From a virus, in the IMG/VR virus record IMGVR_UViG_3300032050_009888, positions 12,428-76,427 of that record: a stretch of 64,000 nt of DNA. One strand, 5' to 3'. This document shows positions 9,620 to 21,300 of the stretch, one piece after another; the stretch's first letter is position 1, and each line of letters opens with the position of its first letter. The translations under genes and the position numbers were made by a program. The notes beneath the pieces are model-generated. The model had not been told where the DNA came from. It made no database searches and saw only the letters and a list, made by a program, of their open reading frames with translations.

Positions 9620-10809
9620 TGTATACAATTATTGTAAATACACCTGGTCCTCAAGGGTCCCAAGGTCCTCAAGGTCCATCTGGTTCACAAGGCCAATCAG
9701 CTGATACTGGATCTCTTGTTACAACTTCCTCATTTAATTCTTTTACTAGTTCATATTATGTTGATAGTGCTTCTTTTAATAGCAGAATAAATAATATAAC
9801 TTTTGATACTTCTTCATTAGCAACTACTGGATCTAATACATTTATAGGTAACCAAACTATAACAGGATCAGTTGATATAACTGGTTCTTTAACAGTTAAT
9901 GATATAAATGTAGGCCAAAATAGTATAAATTTTATAAATAATACTAATACTATTTTAACAACATTAAGTGTTGATAATAATGGAAATTTATTATTAAGTA
10001 CAGGTTCTATTATATTATCTCAAGGAGCTTCTTTAACAGGATCTATTTTTGGAACTGCAAGCTGGGCTAATAACTTTAATGAAACAGATCCAATATTTGT
10101 TTCTAAATCAGGTTCTTTTATAACAACTTCTTCTTTTAATAATTTTACATCTTCTTATAACACAGGATCTTTTACAGGTTCCTTTATAGGATCTTTACAA
10201 GGAACAGCCAGTTGGGCTGGAGTCGCCATAACCTCATCTCATGCTCTTTCTATTCCAAATAATTTAAATTTAAGTGCTTCAAATTTATTTGTAACAAATA
10301 ATATAGAAGCAGCTTCAATAACAGCTCAATCTGCTTCATTTGGGTATGTAGAGTCAATCACTGGTTCAGCAGTTTATATAGGTCAAGAATTTATTATTCT
10401 AAACACCCAACCTCCAGCTGCTAGATATGCTGGTTTAATAATAATTGACTCAGGATCAGCTAATCATACATCTTCTTTATTATGGGATTCATCTACTAAT
10501 CATTTTATTTATCAAAATGCTAGTGGATCTTCTTACTCAGGAGGAGGATTTATATCTGGACCTAGAAATACAGGTTCTTTAGAAGATATAACTTACCCAA
10601 CATTAAATAAAATAGTTAGAGGACAAGGCGGAGATCATATATATGATTCAAATATAACAGATAATGATACTAAAGTCTCTATTAGTATTAATACTGATAT
10701 TACTGGTTCTTTAATAGTAACAAGTGGTATAACTGGTAGTTTATTTGGAACAAGCAGTTGGGCAATAAATGCTTTAACAGCATCTTATATCGATGGGGGT
10801 TTTTACTAA
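9619..10809 (+). CDS. Tail fibre-type protein with a short collagen-like N-terminus
   Basis: GPQGSQGPQGPSGSQG; repeated TGS and GTASWA motifs. Confidence 0.7.
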   Translation: MYTIIVNTPGPQGSQGPQGPSGSQGQSADTGSLVTTSSFNSFTSSYYVDSASFNSRINNITFDTSSLATTGSNTFIGNQTITGSVDITGSLTVNDINVGQNSINFINNTNTILTTLSVDNNGNLLLSTGSIILSQGASLTGSIFGTASWANNFNETDPIFVSKSGSFITTSSFNNFTSSYNTGSFTGSFIGSLQGTASWAGVAITSSHALSIPNNLNLSASNLFVTNNIEAASITAQSASFGYVESITGSAVYIGQEFIILNTQPPAARYAGLIIIDSGSANHTSSLLWDSSTNHFIYQNASGSSYSGGGFISGPRNTGSLEDITYPTLNKIVRGQGGDHIYDSNITDNDTKVSISINTDITGSLIVTSGITGSLFGTSSWAINALTASYIDGGFY

Positions 10810-10826
10810 AATATTTATAACAAATT

Positions 10827-12005
10827 ATGGGTTTAAGAATATCAAATAGAAATTTAAGTTTAGGTAAGATCAAAACTGTAACTACTCCTCCTGCTCCAGT
10901 AGTTGATTTTATTGGAAGTCCATTAGTAGTTAATATAGGTGAAACAGCTAGTTTCACAGATTTATCTACTAATAATCCAACAGCTTGGTATTGGTCTATA
11001 CCAGGTGCTACTCCCACAACAAGTAGTCTTCAAAATCCAACTTTCCAATTTAATTCTTTAGGATCACAAAGTGTAACATTAAGTGCTACAAATTTAGGAG
11101 GTACAATTTCATTAACTAAAACTAATTATATATTAGTAAATTTTCCATATTTACTTGATTTATATCCAAATGCTGAAGTAGCTTACTCTGTTAGAAAACT
11201 TAGAAGCGGATACACAGGTAATTGCTTAAGAGTTAGAAGAAGCTCAGATAATACATTTCAAGATATAGGATTTGTTAATAATGTCTTAGACACAGCCTCA
11301 TTACTTACATTTGCAGGTGTTGGAGACGCTTTTGTAGATAGATGGTATGACCAGTCTTTAAATGGTAGGAATTTAACTGAAGGTAGTAACTTCAACCAAC
11401 CAAGAATTGTAAATGCTGGTGTGTTAGCAACCTCTAGTGGAAAACCAGCTATAAATTACTATGGTGGTGATAGATGCTCCTTGTCTTTTCCAGATCCTGT
11501 GACTTTCTTAAATAATAAACAATATGTTTATGCCTTTACTGTTGCTCAAATATTAGATGTAACAGCTACTAGACATACTATTTTAAATATAACAACTCCA
11601 ACAGATACTCTTTCTAGATTCTTTATAGCAGCTGATAGCGCAGGAGCTAATACTTTATTTGTTGGAGGTCGAAGATTAAACGCAGATACATTACAATCTT
11701 CCTCAGCGGGCACACATGGTAATGTAGCAAATGTAATAACAGGTATAGCTGATTATGCTACAGCTAATGCTTATCTTTATAAAAACGGAACATTAGTTGG
11801 ATCAAAATCTCCATTCCAAACAGTTGGTTCTATAGAAAATACTAACTCAGCTTTATTTTATAATAGAGCAGGTCAAGGAAGAGGAGATACATCTGGAAAT
11901 ATAAGTAGTGGATTTTTATCTGAACTTGTAATATATACCACAGATCAATCAGCTAATAGAGCTGGAATAGAAACAAGAATAAATAACTTCTTTAATGCTT
12001 ATTAA
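10827..12005 (+). CDS. PKD domain plus ConA/LamG- or AbfB-like lectin domain virion protein
   Basis: PKD signature FTDLSTNNPTAWYWSIPG...QNPT...VTLSATN, followed by AYSVRKL...LRVRRSSDN...WYDQS. Confidence 0.7.
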   Translation: MGLRISNRNLSLGKIKTVTTPPAPVVDFIGSPLVVNIGETASFTDLSTNNPTAWYWSIPGATPTTSSLQNPTFQFNSLGSQSVTLSATNLGGTISLTKTNYILVNFPYLLDLYPNAEVAYSVRKLRSGYTGNCLRVRRSSDNTFQDIGFVNNVLDTASLLTFAGVGDAFVDRWYDQSLNGRNLTEGSNFNQPRIVNAGVLATSSGKPAINYYGGDRCSLSFPDPVTFLNNKQYVYAFTVAQILDVTATRHTILNITTPTDTLSRFFIAADSAGANTLFVGGRRLNADTLQSSSAGTHGNVANVITGIADYATANAYLYKNGTLVGSKSPFQTVGSIENTNSALFYNRAGQGRGDTSGNISSGFLSELVIYTTDQSANRAGIETRINNFFNAY

Positions 12006-13549
12006 TGGCTGATAAAATACTACATAAACGAAGCAATACAGTTGGATCAATACCAACAACATCTTCCTTAAATTTAGGAGAAATAGCTATTAATACAAAT
12101 GATGGTAAAATCTTTATCCATAAATCTAGCTCAGCTGGAGAAAGTATACAATCTGCTCTTATAACAGATAGTACAAATACAGGATCACTTACTTTATTAG
12201 GTTCTTTAATTTTATCAGGAAGTTTAGATATTAATAGTGGCAGTTCTTTAGATATCTCAGCTAATTTCATAGATTTTGATTTTGATTTATTTGCTCTTTC
12301 AGGTTCTTTAGAAGTTACAGGTAGTGTTGCTGTAACACAAGGAATTACTGGTTCTTTGTTTGGAACAGCAAGTTGGGCTCAAAGTTCTTCTCAAGCATTA
12401 ACTGCTTCATTTATAAATCCACTTAGGCAAAATGTATTAGTAACAGGATCTACTTTTATAACAGGATCATTTAATTTAAATAATAATTCAAATAATAGTT
12501 TTGTATTAACTGGTTCAAGAACAACAACAGGTAGTGGTGAAACATTTAGCTCTATCAGTCCTACAATTACACTCCGTAATACAGCTAATGATTCTATATC
12601 TGTTATGAATTTTGCTCCAACAATAACAGCTACAGCTAATGCTCAAACTGCTATTGGTTTAAATATAAATGCTACTATTAATACTTTTGGATCTAGTACT
12701 AACTTAACAAGAGCTTGGCCTTTATTAGTTAATGGTATGGGTATTAGAGGTGGAGAATTTGGCAATGTTATTATAGGTAATAACTACCAAGCTGGTAGTG
12801 CTTTATATAGTAGAATTAATATTGGATTTAATACAGGTAACTCAGCTGGAGTCTTGATAGGCCATGAAGCAGGAGCCAGTGTTAGTTCTGGAAACAGTAA
12901 TATCTTTATAGGATATCGATCAATGTTCTCAGCCGCTACTAATATTCAAAATACTATATCTATTGGAGAACAAGCTGCTAGAAGCATAACAGGAAATAAT
13001 AATGTTGTTTTAGGGCATACTGCTCTTTGGTATCAAGGTAATGGATCAACTAATATAACTAATGCTTCTAATGGAGTTTATATCGGAACAGAAGTAAGAG
13101 GATTTGATAATTCTGATAGTAATAGTATTGTTATTGGTTATCAAACATCTGGCCAAGGAGCTAATACTGTTGTTATAGGTAATAATAGTATAGTTAGAAC
13201 TGTATTAAAAGGAAATATAGGAGTAGGTTTTACACCTACATCAGATGTTGCTCAAGTATCAGCTTCAATTCATATAACTGGTTCTTCAACAGCAAGATTA
13301 TTAGAAATAGATTCTCCAACTACAAATAATATTTTGTTTATAACAGGATCTGGTAGAGTAGGTATAGGGACAGGAACTCCAACATCAACATTAGACATAA
13401 GTGGCTCAGCTACTATTTCTAATTTATTAACATTAACACCTCAAGATCCTTTACCTAGTTCTCCTCCTACAGGAGCATTAGCTGTGTCTTCTAGTATACC
13501 TCCAAAAATATATTTCTATGATGGTACAACTTGGAATGCATTATATTAA
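12005..13549 (+). CDS. Tail fibre protein
   Basis: N-terminal KRS...P...GEIAINTNDGKIF anchor; YadA-like xxIG repeats; GRVGIGTGTP; C-terminal FYDGTTW. Confidence 0.75.
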   Translation: MADKILHKRSNTVGSIPTTSSLNLGEIAINTNDGKIFIHKSSSAGESIQSALITDSTNTGSLTLLGSLILSGSLDINSGSSLDISANFIDFDFDLFALSGSLEVTGSVAVTQGITGSLFGTASWAQSSSQALTASFINPLRQNVLVTGSTFITGSFNLNNNSNNSFVLTGSRTTTGSGETFSSISPTITLRNTANDSISVMNFAPTITATANAQTAIGLNINATINTFGSSTNLTRAWPLLVNGMGIRGGEFGNVIIGNNYQAGSALYSRINIGFNTGNSAGVLIGHEAGASVSSGNSNIFIGYRSMFSAATNIQNTISIGEQAARSITGNNNVVLGHTALWYQGNGSTNITNASNGVYIGTEVRGFDNSDSNSIVIGYQTSGQGANTVVIGNNSIVRTVLKGNIGVGFTPTSDVAQVSASIHITGSSTARLLEIDSPTTNNILFITGSGRVGIGTGTPTSTLDISGSATISNLLTLTPQDPLPSSPPTGALAVSSSIPPKIYFYDGTTWNALY

Positions 13550-13568
13550 TATTTATAAAAAATAAATA

Positions 13569-14096
13569 ATGCAGAATAATACTGTTAGAAGCGAAATAAC
13601 ATACAACAATGTAACAGTAGTAACAACTGATAACCAAATCAATGTTACTCAACCTGTTACAAATGTTGTAGAAGTTATTTCTGTTGGCCCTCAAGGCCCA
13701 TCAGGTTATTCTGGTCCTTTTATAGATGTAGGTAATAATACTTATGCTACTATATATGATATAGAGATAACAGGATCATTATCAGCAGGTCCAACAATAA
13801 TTTCAGGTTCATTAACAATAACAGAAGGATCTTTATTATTTGGAACAGCAAGTTGGGCTATAAATTCTTTAACAGCATCTTATGTTAATCCACTACATCA
13901 AATAGTTTTTATAACAGGTGGATTAAACATTTTAAATCAAACTGCTGAAACTTCTTTATCAATAACATCAGGATCTACACCTGTTTTAACAGTAACAGGA
14001 TCTGGAGTAACAGTATTTGGACCTTTAAATTATACACCCCCTGCAACCGAAGGAGGTATATATTTTAATGGAACTGATTTCTTTTTAGGATTTTAA
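13569..14096 (+). CDS. Small tail fibre-associated protein
   Basis: GPQGPSG and GTASWA motifs shared with neighbouring genes. Confidence 0.6.
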   Translation: MQNNTVRSEITYNNVTVVTTDNQINVTQPVTNVVEVISVGPQGPSGYSGPFIDVGNNTYATIYDIEITGSLSAGPTIISGSLTITEGSLLFGTASWAINSLTASYVNPLHQIVFITGGLNILNQTAETSLSITSGSTPVLTVTGSGVTVFGPLNYTPPATEGGIYFNGTDFFLGF

Positions 14097-14134
14097 CATA
14101 TTTATAATTAAACATAAAACTAAAATAACATATA

Positions 14135-15490
14135 ATGGCAACTTGGAAAAAAGTCATAGTCTCAGGTAGTGATGCTGTATTAAATCAACTTACAGTAAGT
14201 ACTAACCAAATAATAAGCCAAAACGGTACTAAATTAACCGGCTCATTTACCGGCTCATTTACAGGTGATGGTAGTAATTTAACTGGAATACAAGCTACAA
14301 GTATTAATGCTGATACTATAACTGATATAGGTAATCAAGGTGATTTTTTATATGTATCTCAATCCAATGGTATAAGGAAAATTACTTATGAGAATTTCTT
14401 AACAGATTTAACAAATGGTGCTAGCTCAAACTTAGAAGTAGACTCAGCAGATGGTATTAAGTTAAAACCTCAAATATCTGTTGCTGGAGTAACTGCTTCA
14501 TTTACTGGCTCATTTAAAGGTGATGGTAGTGGATTAACAGGAGTTGTAGCCTCTAGTGCTAATTCTTTAACCAATGGATCAGGAATTGACACTCTTTCTT
14601 ATAACGGATCCACAGCCACAACAATAAGAATTAAAACAGGCTCAGTATTTGCTGATAATGTTATTTTAAAATGGGACACAGCAGCATCAGCATTTGAATC
14701 ATCATCACTATCAGATGTGAATGGAGTTGTATCTGGACAATCCTCTATTCAATTAACTGGAAATAATTCTATTTTAACAGGTTCATTTACTGGATCATTT
14801 AAAGGTGATGGTAGTGGTTTAACAGGTGTAGGTGTTACTGTTACTGCTAATACAGCAGGTAATGTTTTATTTGCTACAGGAGAAAACTCAGTTTTATCTG
14901 GTAGTGCTAAGTTAAGCTATGATCAAGGTAATGAACGTTTAACAATAACTAAAGAAATAAGATTTAGTGCCTCAATTGCTAATCAAACCGCTACTTTTTC
15001 TTCACTTGCTAATATAATAACAGCTAGTATATTTGCTGGAGCTGGTTCTTCACCAAATACTGTTTTATTAGGTAATCCTACTTCTACAACATTTATTGGA
15101 AATGATTTAATAATTAATGGTGATTTAATAGCTAATGGTTCTAGCTCGTTCATCAACACCCAAAACTTATTAGTATCTGATAGATTTATTACTCTTGCTT
15201 CTTCATCCACTAGTAATACAGATGGTGGTATTATAATCCAAAATTCTCTTTCTCCAGCAGGTACAGGATCAGGATTTGCTTTTTACCTTGAAACAGCAAC
15301 AGCCGCTCCAAGATGGTCTGTAACTTCTTCTCTTAATTTAAACGCTACTAGTGGAACACCTGATGAATATATGGTAACAGCTAAGATAGCAGCAGGTAAT
15401 CCATCAGGTAATCCAACCTGGGGAGGAACAGACGGTGCTGGTAACATGTATATAAACACTGCTGATGATAGTATTTGGATTTATTCATAA
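14135..15490 (+). CDS. Tail fibre protein
   Basis: SFTGSF(T/K)GDGS(N/G)LTG three times; N-terminal WKKVIVSGSDA. Confidence 0.7.
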   Translation: MATWKKVIVSGSDAVLNQLTVSTNQIISQNGTKLTGSFTGSFTGDGSNLTGIQATSINADTITDIGNQGDFLYVSQSNGIRKITYENFLTDLTNGASSNLEVDSADGIKLKPQISVAGVTASFTGSFKGDGSGLTGVVASSANSLTNGSGIDTLSYNGSTATTIRIKTGSVFADNVILKWDTAASAFESSSLSDVNGVVSGQSSIQLTGNNSILTGSFTGSFKGDGSGLTGVGVTVTANTAGNVLFATGENSVLSGSAKLSYDQGNERLTITKEIRFSASIANQTATFSSLANIITASIFAGAGSSPNTVLLGNPTSTTFIGNDLIINGDLIANGSSSFINTQNLLVSDRFITLASSSTSNTDGGIIIQNSLSPAGTGSGFAFYLETATAAPRWSVTSSLNLNATSGTPDEYMVTAKIAAGNPSGNPTWGGTDGAGNMYINTADDSIWIYS

Positions 15491-15513
15491 AAAATTATTA
15501 CATTAATTAAGTT

Positions 15514-15705
15514 ATGGGACTAATAGATAAAATAGTAAGAAACGATCAATCTAAAGATCAAAATCAATTAAATATTCAAGAACTTCAACTTGTTCTCTCT
15601 TTATTAAGACAATCGTCTGTAAGGGGAGATCAAGTTGAAGCTTTTTACAATTTAGTTATAAAATTACAAAATCAATTCTTTGCTCTAACACCAGAGCAAA
15701 AATAA
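15514..15705 (+). CDS. Small helical protein, possible fibre chaperone
   Basis: Short amphipathic ORF inside the fibre array; function inferred from position. Confidence 0.5.
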   Translation: MGLIDKIVRNDQSKDQNQLNIQELQLVLSLLRQSSVRGDQVEAFYNLVIKLQNQFFALTPEQK

Positions 15706-15717
15706 AAATTATAAGTT

Positions 15718-15951
15718 ATGGATTTATTCTCAGTAGATTTCACTTTAGGTGAATTAGCTTTACTTCGTCAATCATTAGATGTTATTACTATTACAGGTAA
15801 AGATGCTAAATTTGTTGCTTCATTACAAACAAAATTAGAGATGGAAGCACAAGCTATTCAAAATATGCTTCAACAAGCAGAAGCAGAAAAACAATTAGCT
15901 TTAGCTAAAGTATTAGAAGCCGATAAAAAGAAAGCATCTAAACCACAATAA
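15718..15951 (+). CDS. Small coiled-coil protein, possible fibre chaperone
   Basis: Heptad-like C-terminal half; position in the fibre array. Confidence 0.5.
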   Translation: MDLFSVDFTLGELALLRQSLDVITITGKDAKFVASLQTKLEMEAQAIQNMLQQAEAEKQLALAKVLEADKKKASKPQ

Positions 15952-15972
15952 TTACATATTTATAATAAATTA

Positions 15973-16016
15973 TTGGCCCGTAAGGGAAGTGGACTGAACA
16001 CTTTTTCAGTAACCAA
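15973..16016 (+). ncRNA. Candidate structured cis-RNA in a fibre gene leader
   Basis: TTGG/CCAA closing stem, CCC-GTAA-GGG GNRA hairpin and ACTGAA/TTCAGT stem, forming a GC island in an AT-rich spacer. Confidence 0.5.
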
Positions 16017-16034
16017 CCGTAATTAGAATTTGTA

Positions 16035-17639
16035 ATGCCAAATTGGAAAAAAGTCATAGTATCAGGGTCGGATGCTACCCTAAACTCATTATTAGTAACA
16101 AATGCTGTAACAGCGTCAATTTTTTCAGGATCACAATTTACAGGAAGTTTTTATGGAACTGCAAGTTGGTCTCAAAACACTATAACTGCTAGTGTAGTTA
16201 GTTTGCAAAATGTTTTAAATTATGATAGAGCATTAACTAACCATAATAATTTTCAAGGATCACAATCAGGTGTAGGTATATCCTCAGGAAATAATATTAA
16301 TGCTTTTGGTCAACAAGCAGCTTACTCAGCATCAGGAAACCATATTAATGCTTTTGGTTTCCAAGCTGCTAGTGGAAGTACAGGTAATGATGTTATAGCT
16401 ATTGGTAGACAAGCAGCTTTTGGAAACACTCAACAAGCTAATATAGCTATAGGAATACAATCCGCACAATACAACTCAGGAATTGGTGTAATAGCTATAG
16501 GGGTAAATGCATTAAGCCCTTTATCAACTGTAGGAAATTCAAAAAACTTTGCAATAGCTATAGGATATTTAGCTGCTGGTAATACTAATACTATAAATAA
16601 TATAGTTGCTATAGGAATACAAGCTGGTCAAAGTAATTTTGGAAACGGTACCAATTGGAATGTTATAGGATATCAAGCAGCATACCAAAGTTCTGGTAGT
16701 TATATTAATGCTATAGGTCAATTTGCTGGTGCTAATAATTCTGGTGATTGTCAAGATTGGAATGTTTTAGGAGCTGATGCTGGTAGATATTCTATAGGTA
16801 GTAATATTAATGCTTTTGGTAGAGAAGCATTTTATCAAAGTGAAAACCCATTTGGTGATAATACAAGAGTAGTTAATGCTTTTGGATTCAGAGCAGCTAA
16901 ACAAAGCCAAGGATCAGGCATAAACGCTATGGGATTTGCTGCGTCTCAATTAAACACAGGTAGCCATGTTAATGCTTTTGGTTTTGGAGCAGCATACAAT
17001 AATAAGAAAAATTTTGTTAATGCTATAGGATACCAATCCGCATACCAAAACTCAGGCAGTGATATTAATGCTTTAGGAAATCAAGCAGCTTATTTAAATA
17101 CAGGCAGTTACGTTGATGCTATAGGTAGCCAAGCAGGAAAAAATAACTCAGGAGATAATGTTATAGCTATAGGACGTGATGCCGCTTATCCTAATGCTGG
17201 ATCTCAACTGGTTGCTATAGGTAGACAAGCAGCATATAATAATACAGGAAACAATGTTACAGCTTTAGGATACAGTGTAGCTTACCAAAACAGTGGAAAT
17301 AATATTAATATTATAGGTAACAGTGCCGCTTACCAAAATACTGGGGATAATGTTAGTGCTATAGGTAATAGCGCAGCAGTATACAACTCAGGATCAAATG
17401 TTGTAGCTATAGGAGAGAACGCAGCTCAATACAACTCAGGATCAAATGTTATAGCATTAGGTGCTAACTCAGCTCAAAATAATCCTAGATCAAATTCATT
17501 TATAATTAGTAACAGTGTTCTTCCAACATATTCAGATTATTCTACAGCATACGCTGACATATCAACTGATGGAATAGCTGGAAATACTTATTTATACCAT
17601 GATCAGAGCACAAATTCAATTGGAGCAGTAAGATTATAA
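16035..17639 (+). CDS. Tail fibre/adhesin with YadA-head-like beta-roll repeats
   Basis: About 25 repeats of (N/I)A(F/I)GxQAAYxN(S/T)G; N-terminus paralogous to the 14135 gene. Confidence 0.75.
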   Translation: MPNWKKVIVSGSDATLNSLLVTNAVTASIFSGSQFTGSFYGTASWSQNTITASVVSLQNVLNYDRALTNHNNFQGSQSGVGISSGNNINAFGQQAAYSASGNHINAFGFQAASGSTGNDVIAIGRQAAFGNTQQANIAIGIQSAQYNSGIGVIAIGVNALSPLSTVGNSKNFAIAIGYLAAGNTNTINNIVAIGIQAGQSNFGNGTNWNVIGYQAAYQSSGSYINAIGQFAGANNSGDCQDWNVLGADAGRYSIGSNINAFGREAFYQSENPFGDNTRVVNAFGFRAAKQSQGSGINAMGFAASQLNTGSHVNAFGFGAAYNNKKNFVNAIGYQSAYQNSGSDINALGNQAAYLNTGSYVDAIGSQAGKNNSGDNVIAIGRDAAYPNAGSQLVAIGRQAAYNNTGNNVTALGYSVAYQNSGNNINIIGNSAAYQNTGDNVSAIGNSAAVYNSGSNVVAIGENAAQYNSGSNVIALGANSAQNNPRSNSFIISNSVLPTYSDYSTAYADISTDGIAGNTYLYHDQSTNSIGAVRL

Positions 17640-17640
17640 G

Positions 17641-18345
17641 ATGGCTGGATATAGTAAAAGTGTAATATCTAAAATAGTAGCAAACAATGCTATTAGCGCT
17701 TCTTATGCTTTATCATCCTCTTATGCTCAAAATGCTTCTAATGGTAAAGGAACTTTTAGTGGTTCATTCACAGGCTCATTTACAGGTAATTTATTAGGCA
17801 CAGCTAGTCAAGCTTTAACAGCTTCATATGTTCCTTTACTAGCAGGACCTAATATTACTATTAACTACCAATCAAATGGTATAGCTATTACCGGATCATC
17901 AGCCGGAGTTGGAACCCCAGGTGGCTCAAACACCCAAATCCAATTTAACTCAGCCTCAGTATTTAGTGGTTCATCAAATTTAGCTTTTGATTATACTAAT
18001 AATAATCTATTATTAACTGGATCTTTTACATTAAATCAAACATTAACTTATTTTTCCTCTGTTACATCTTCTGTGTCTGGTGATAATAATTTATTTATAC
18101 TAAACACAGGTTCTTATACCTCAGCTTTTGGAAAATATACTTTATATAGTAGTTCAAATGCCAGAGCAGGAGAATTTACAACAACATGGAATGGAGGAAC
18201 AGTTAGATATTTTGATAATTCAACTACAGATATAGGAGATACTTCAACTATAATATTTTACTCAAGTATATCCTCAGGACAAATATATATAATATTTAGT
18301 GGAGGAACAGGTTGGACAGTTAAAATGTTAACAACCTTTATTTAA
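17641..18345 (+). CDS. Tail fibre-type protein
   Basis: SFTGSFTG and PGGSNTQIQFN motifs. Confidence 0.65.
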   Translation: MAGYSKSVISKIVANNAISASYALSSSYAQNASNGKGTFSGSFTGSFTGNLLGTASQALTASYVPLLAGPNITINYQSNGIAITGSSAGVGTPGGSNTQIQFNSASVFSGSSNLAFDYTNNNLLLTGSFTLNQTLTYFSSVTSSVSGDNNLFILNTGSYTSAFGKYTLYSSSNARAGEFTTTWNGGTVRYFDNSTTDIGDTSTIIFYSSISSGQIYIIFSGGTGWTVKMLTTFI

Positions 18346-18361
18346 ACAATATTTATAACAT

Positions 18362-21300
18362 ATGGCAATATTTTACGCAAATAGTGGTAGTTTTGATGTT
18401 TTAAATGTTACAGGTAGTTTATATGTATCTGGTACATTTACTGCAACTCAAGGTTTATATATAGATAATTTAATTACAGTAGGATTACCAAGTAGTAGTA
18501 CTCAATTCAATTCAATTAAAGCCGCGGTAGATAGTATTATAGATGCTACTGCTTTTAATACATATACAGTTGAGGTAGCACCAGGTGTTTATATTGAAGA
18601 TACAATTACTGTACCTTCTTATGTAGCAGTTAGAGGAGATAGTTCTATATCAACAATAGTATCCGCCTCAAATCCTAATAATGGAGTATTCATATTAAGT
18701 GATCAATCAATGATCATTGATATGCAAATACAAGGTTCAACAGGTACAGGAGCAACAGCTGTATTATATTCATCAGCGACTACACCTCAACTTAACGCTA
18801 TTTCTTATGTTGAAAATGTAAGATTTGGTTCAAATTATACCAATGCTAAAGTATTAGGTGTACCTGGTGGTAATTGTATTATGCAATGCTCAAATGTAAA
18901 ATACGGTGGCGCTACAGAAAATAATAAATCTTTTGATATTGGATTCCAAGTAACAGGGTCAGGAGGCGGTATTGGTAGAATGCAGTTACGAAATGTAACT
19001 TCTACTAATGGTGGTATTACAGGATCAGCAGATCAAATATTTGCTTTAGCAGATGCTCCAGGTTGTACATTTATTGTAAATGGTTGTTTGTTAACTAAAG
19101 CAGTTGGTTCTACTTTAGGTACTGGATTTAAAGTTTATAATGGAGGTCAATTACGATTAACAGGTGTTAATTTTCAAAGATGGGCCAAAGGTATTTGGGC
19201 ACCACAAACAGGATCAGCTCCTTCCATTGATGCAATCGCTCTTAACTTTGAAAATTGTACTTTAGATGTAGCAATTGAACATTCTGGATCAACTGGTAAG
19301 ATTCAAGGAACAGATACTTTTCTAAAAACACAAATTAATTTAAGTGCTTCCTTATATGAAGTAGGACAAGATCCACGAATTATTACAGTTGGTACAAAAG
19401 GCGCAGACTTTACTTCTATTAGTGCTTCTGTAGCATATATTACAGATTCAGCAGCGAATAACAGATATGTTATTCAAGTTGGACCAGGTCAATTTATAGA
19501 AAAAGAAATTAATTTAGTAGGTAAACCATATGTAAGTATTGTTGGTAGTAGTATTCAAACTACTCAAATCTTCCCAAGCTCATCAAATCAGCATTTGATT
19601 AAAATGGGAGTAAATAATGAAGTGTCATTTTTATCATTAACAAATGCTCCAACCGGATACTCAGCTTTATATGTTGATGATGTTGGTGATTTTGCTCAAG
19701 CACATAAATTATCTTTTTATGATTGTGATACTTGTATTACAGTTATATCAAGAACTCAAGACACTAAATTTTATGGTGAGTATATAGACTTTAATGGTAT
19801 TTATAGAACAGGTAGTTTTGTTAGTTCATCTAATGGTTTTCAATCACTTGCAAGTTTAGAAAACTATTATCAATTCCCAGTTAGCGCCCCAGGTCTAATA
19901 GGAAATTATGGTACTGGAAATGTAGCAGAAATTGATATTTATACTGCTGGATTAATAGGAGAAGGCGATACTAACTCAGTCGCTATACGATTAGAAAATG
20001 GAGCAGATCTGCAAGGTACTGCTATGGACATACCAGCTTGGGGATACGCAGTATATATTCCAGCTGCTAGCTCTGCTAGCTTTAATATTGTTGGTACTAT
20101 GATTCATGATTCAGTGAATCTAGATTTTAATATATTACATCCAAGTGCATCTTGTAGATTCCAAGGTACAGCAGATCATACTAAAATCACTAATGCTAGC
20201 CCTAATTTTTATTGGACATTCTTAGATGAAACTGATGGTGAACTTGATATAACAAGAAACTTAGCTGTAACATTTGCAGATGGAACTCACACTGATGCCT
20301 CAACCTTAATCTTCCGTGGTAGTCCAATGGGAGTTATGCAAGGAGGTGTAATAACAACTTCATCAGCTAACCCAAATGCTTTAGAAATTGATATAACTGG
20401 AGGATTTGGATATTTAGAAACTGCAACACAAGGAGTTTATAAGAGAGTAGATTTTAATGAGTTTCCTGGTTTTACTGATTTAACTGATGACTCAGAAAAT
20501 TATATTTCTGTGGATAAAGATGGTAACATAAAATCAAATTCAACTGAACCAGATAATATCACTGAAATAATATTAGGTAGAATATACGCAGCTGGTGGAA
20601 GAGTTCAATTTGTAGATCAAAGTCCACGTAATGCTTCACACACAACAAACTTATTATCTACTTTTAATAGAACCGCATTAGGACCTGTATTTACTCAAGG
20701 AAGTACAGTTACTGCTAATGGAGGAAATAAATTAGATGTATCAAGTGATGGTATTTACTTTTTTGGTGAAAATCAATTTAATCCTACTGGTGGAACAACA
20801 ATAACTTTTGACAGATATTATAGAGATACAGGTCAATCAGATAGTTGGGCTAGACAAGCTACAGATACTGTTCCGATTAATCAATGGGATTCTGGTTCTA
20901 ATGCTTTAGTTGCTTTGTCAGCTTCTTATTATACTAAACATACTTTATATTTAATTGGTGATGGAGCAGAAGAAAAATATTTTTTAGTAACAGGACAACA
21001 GCAATTTTCATCATTAGTTTCAGCAGAAAGCTCGGATTTAGCAACTCCACCAAACTTTTTTGTAGATGGTGTAGTGCCATTAGCAGCAGTTTATGTTCAG
21101 TCAGGATCAGGAATAACACAAATAGAAGATATAAGACCAATTATTGGTTTTAGAGCAGGTGGAGTGAACGCAGCCTCATTCCATGGTAATTTGCTAGGAT
21201 TAGCTAACGATGATCACTTACAATATCTTTTAGTTAATGGTACTCGAGCTATGAGTGGTCCATTAACTGCTTCTATTGTTAGTGCTTCATCAGGATTCAT

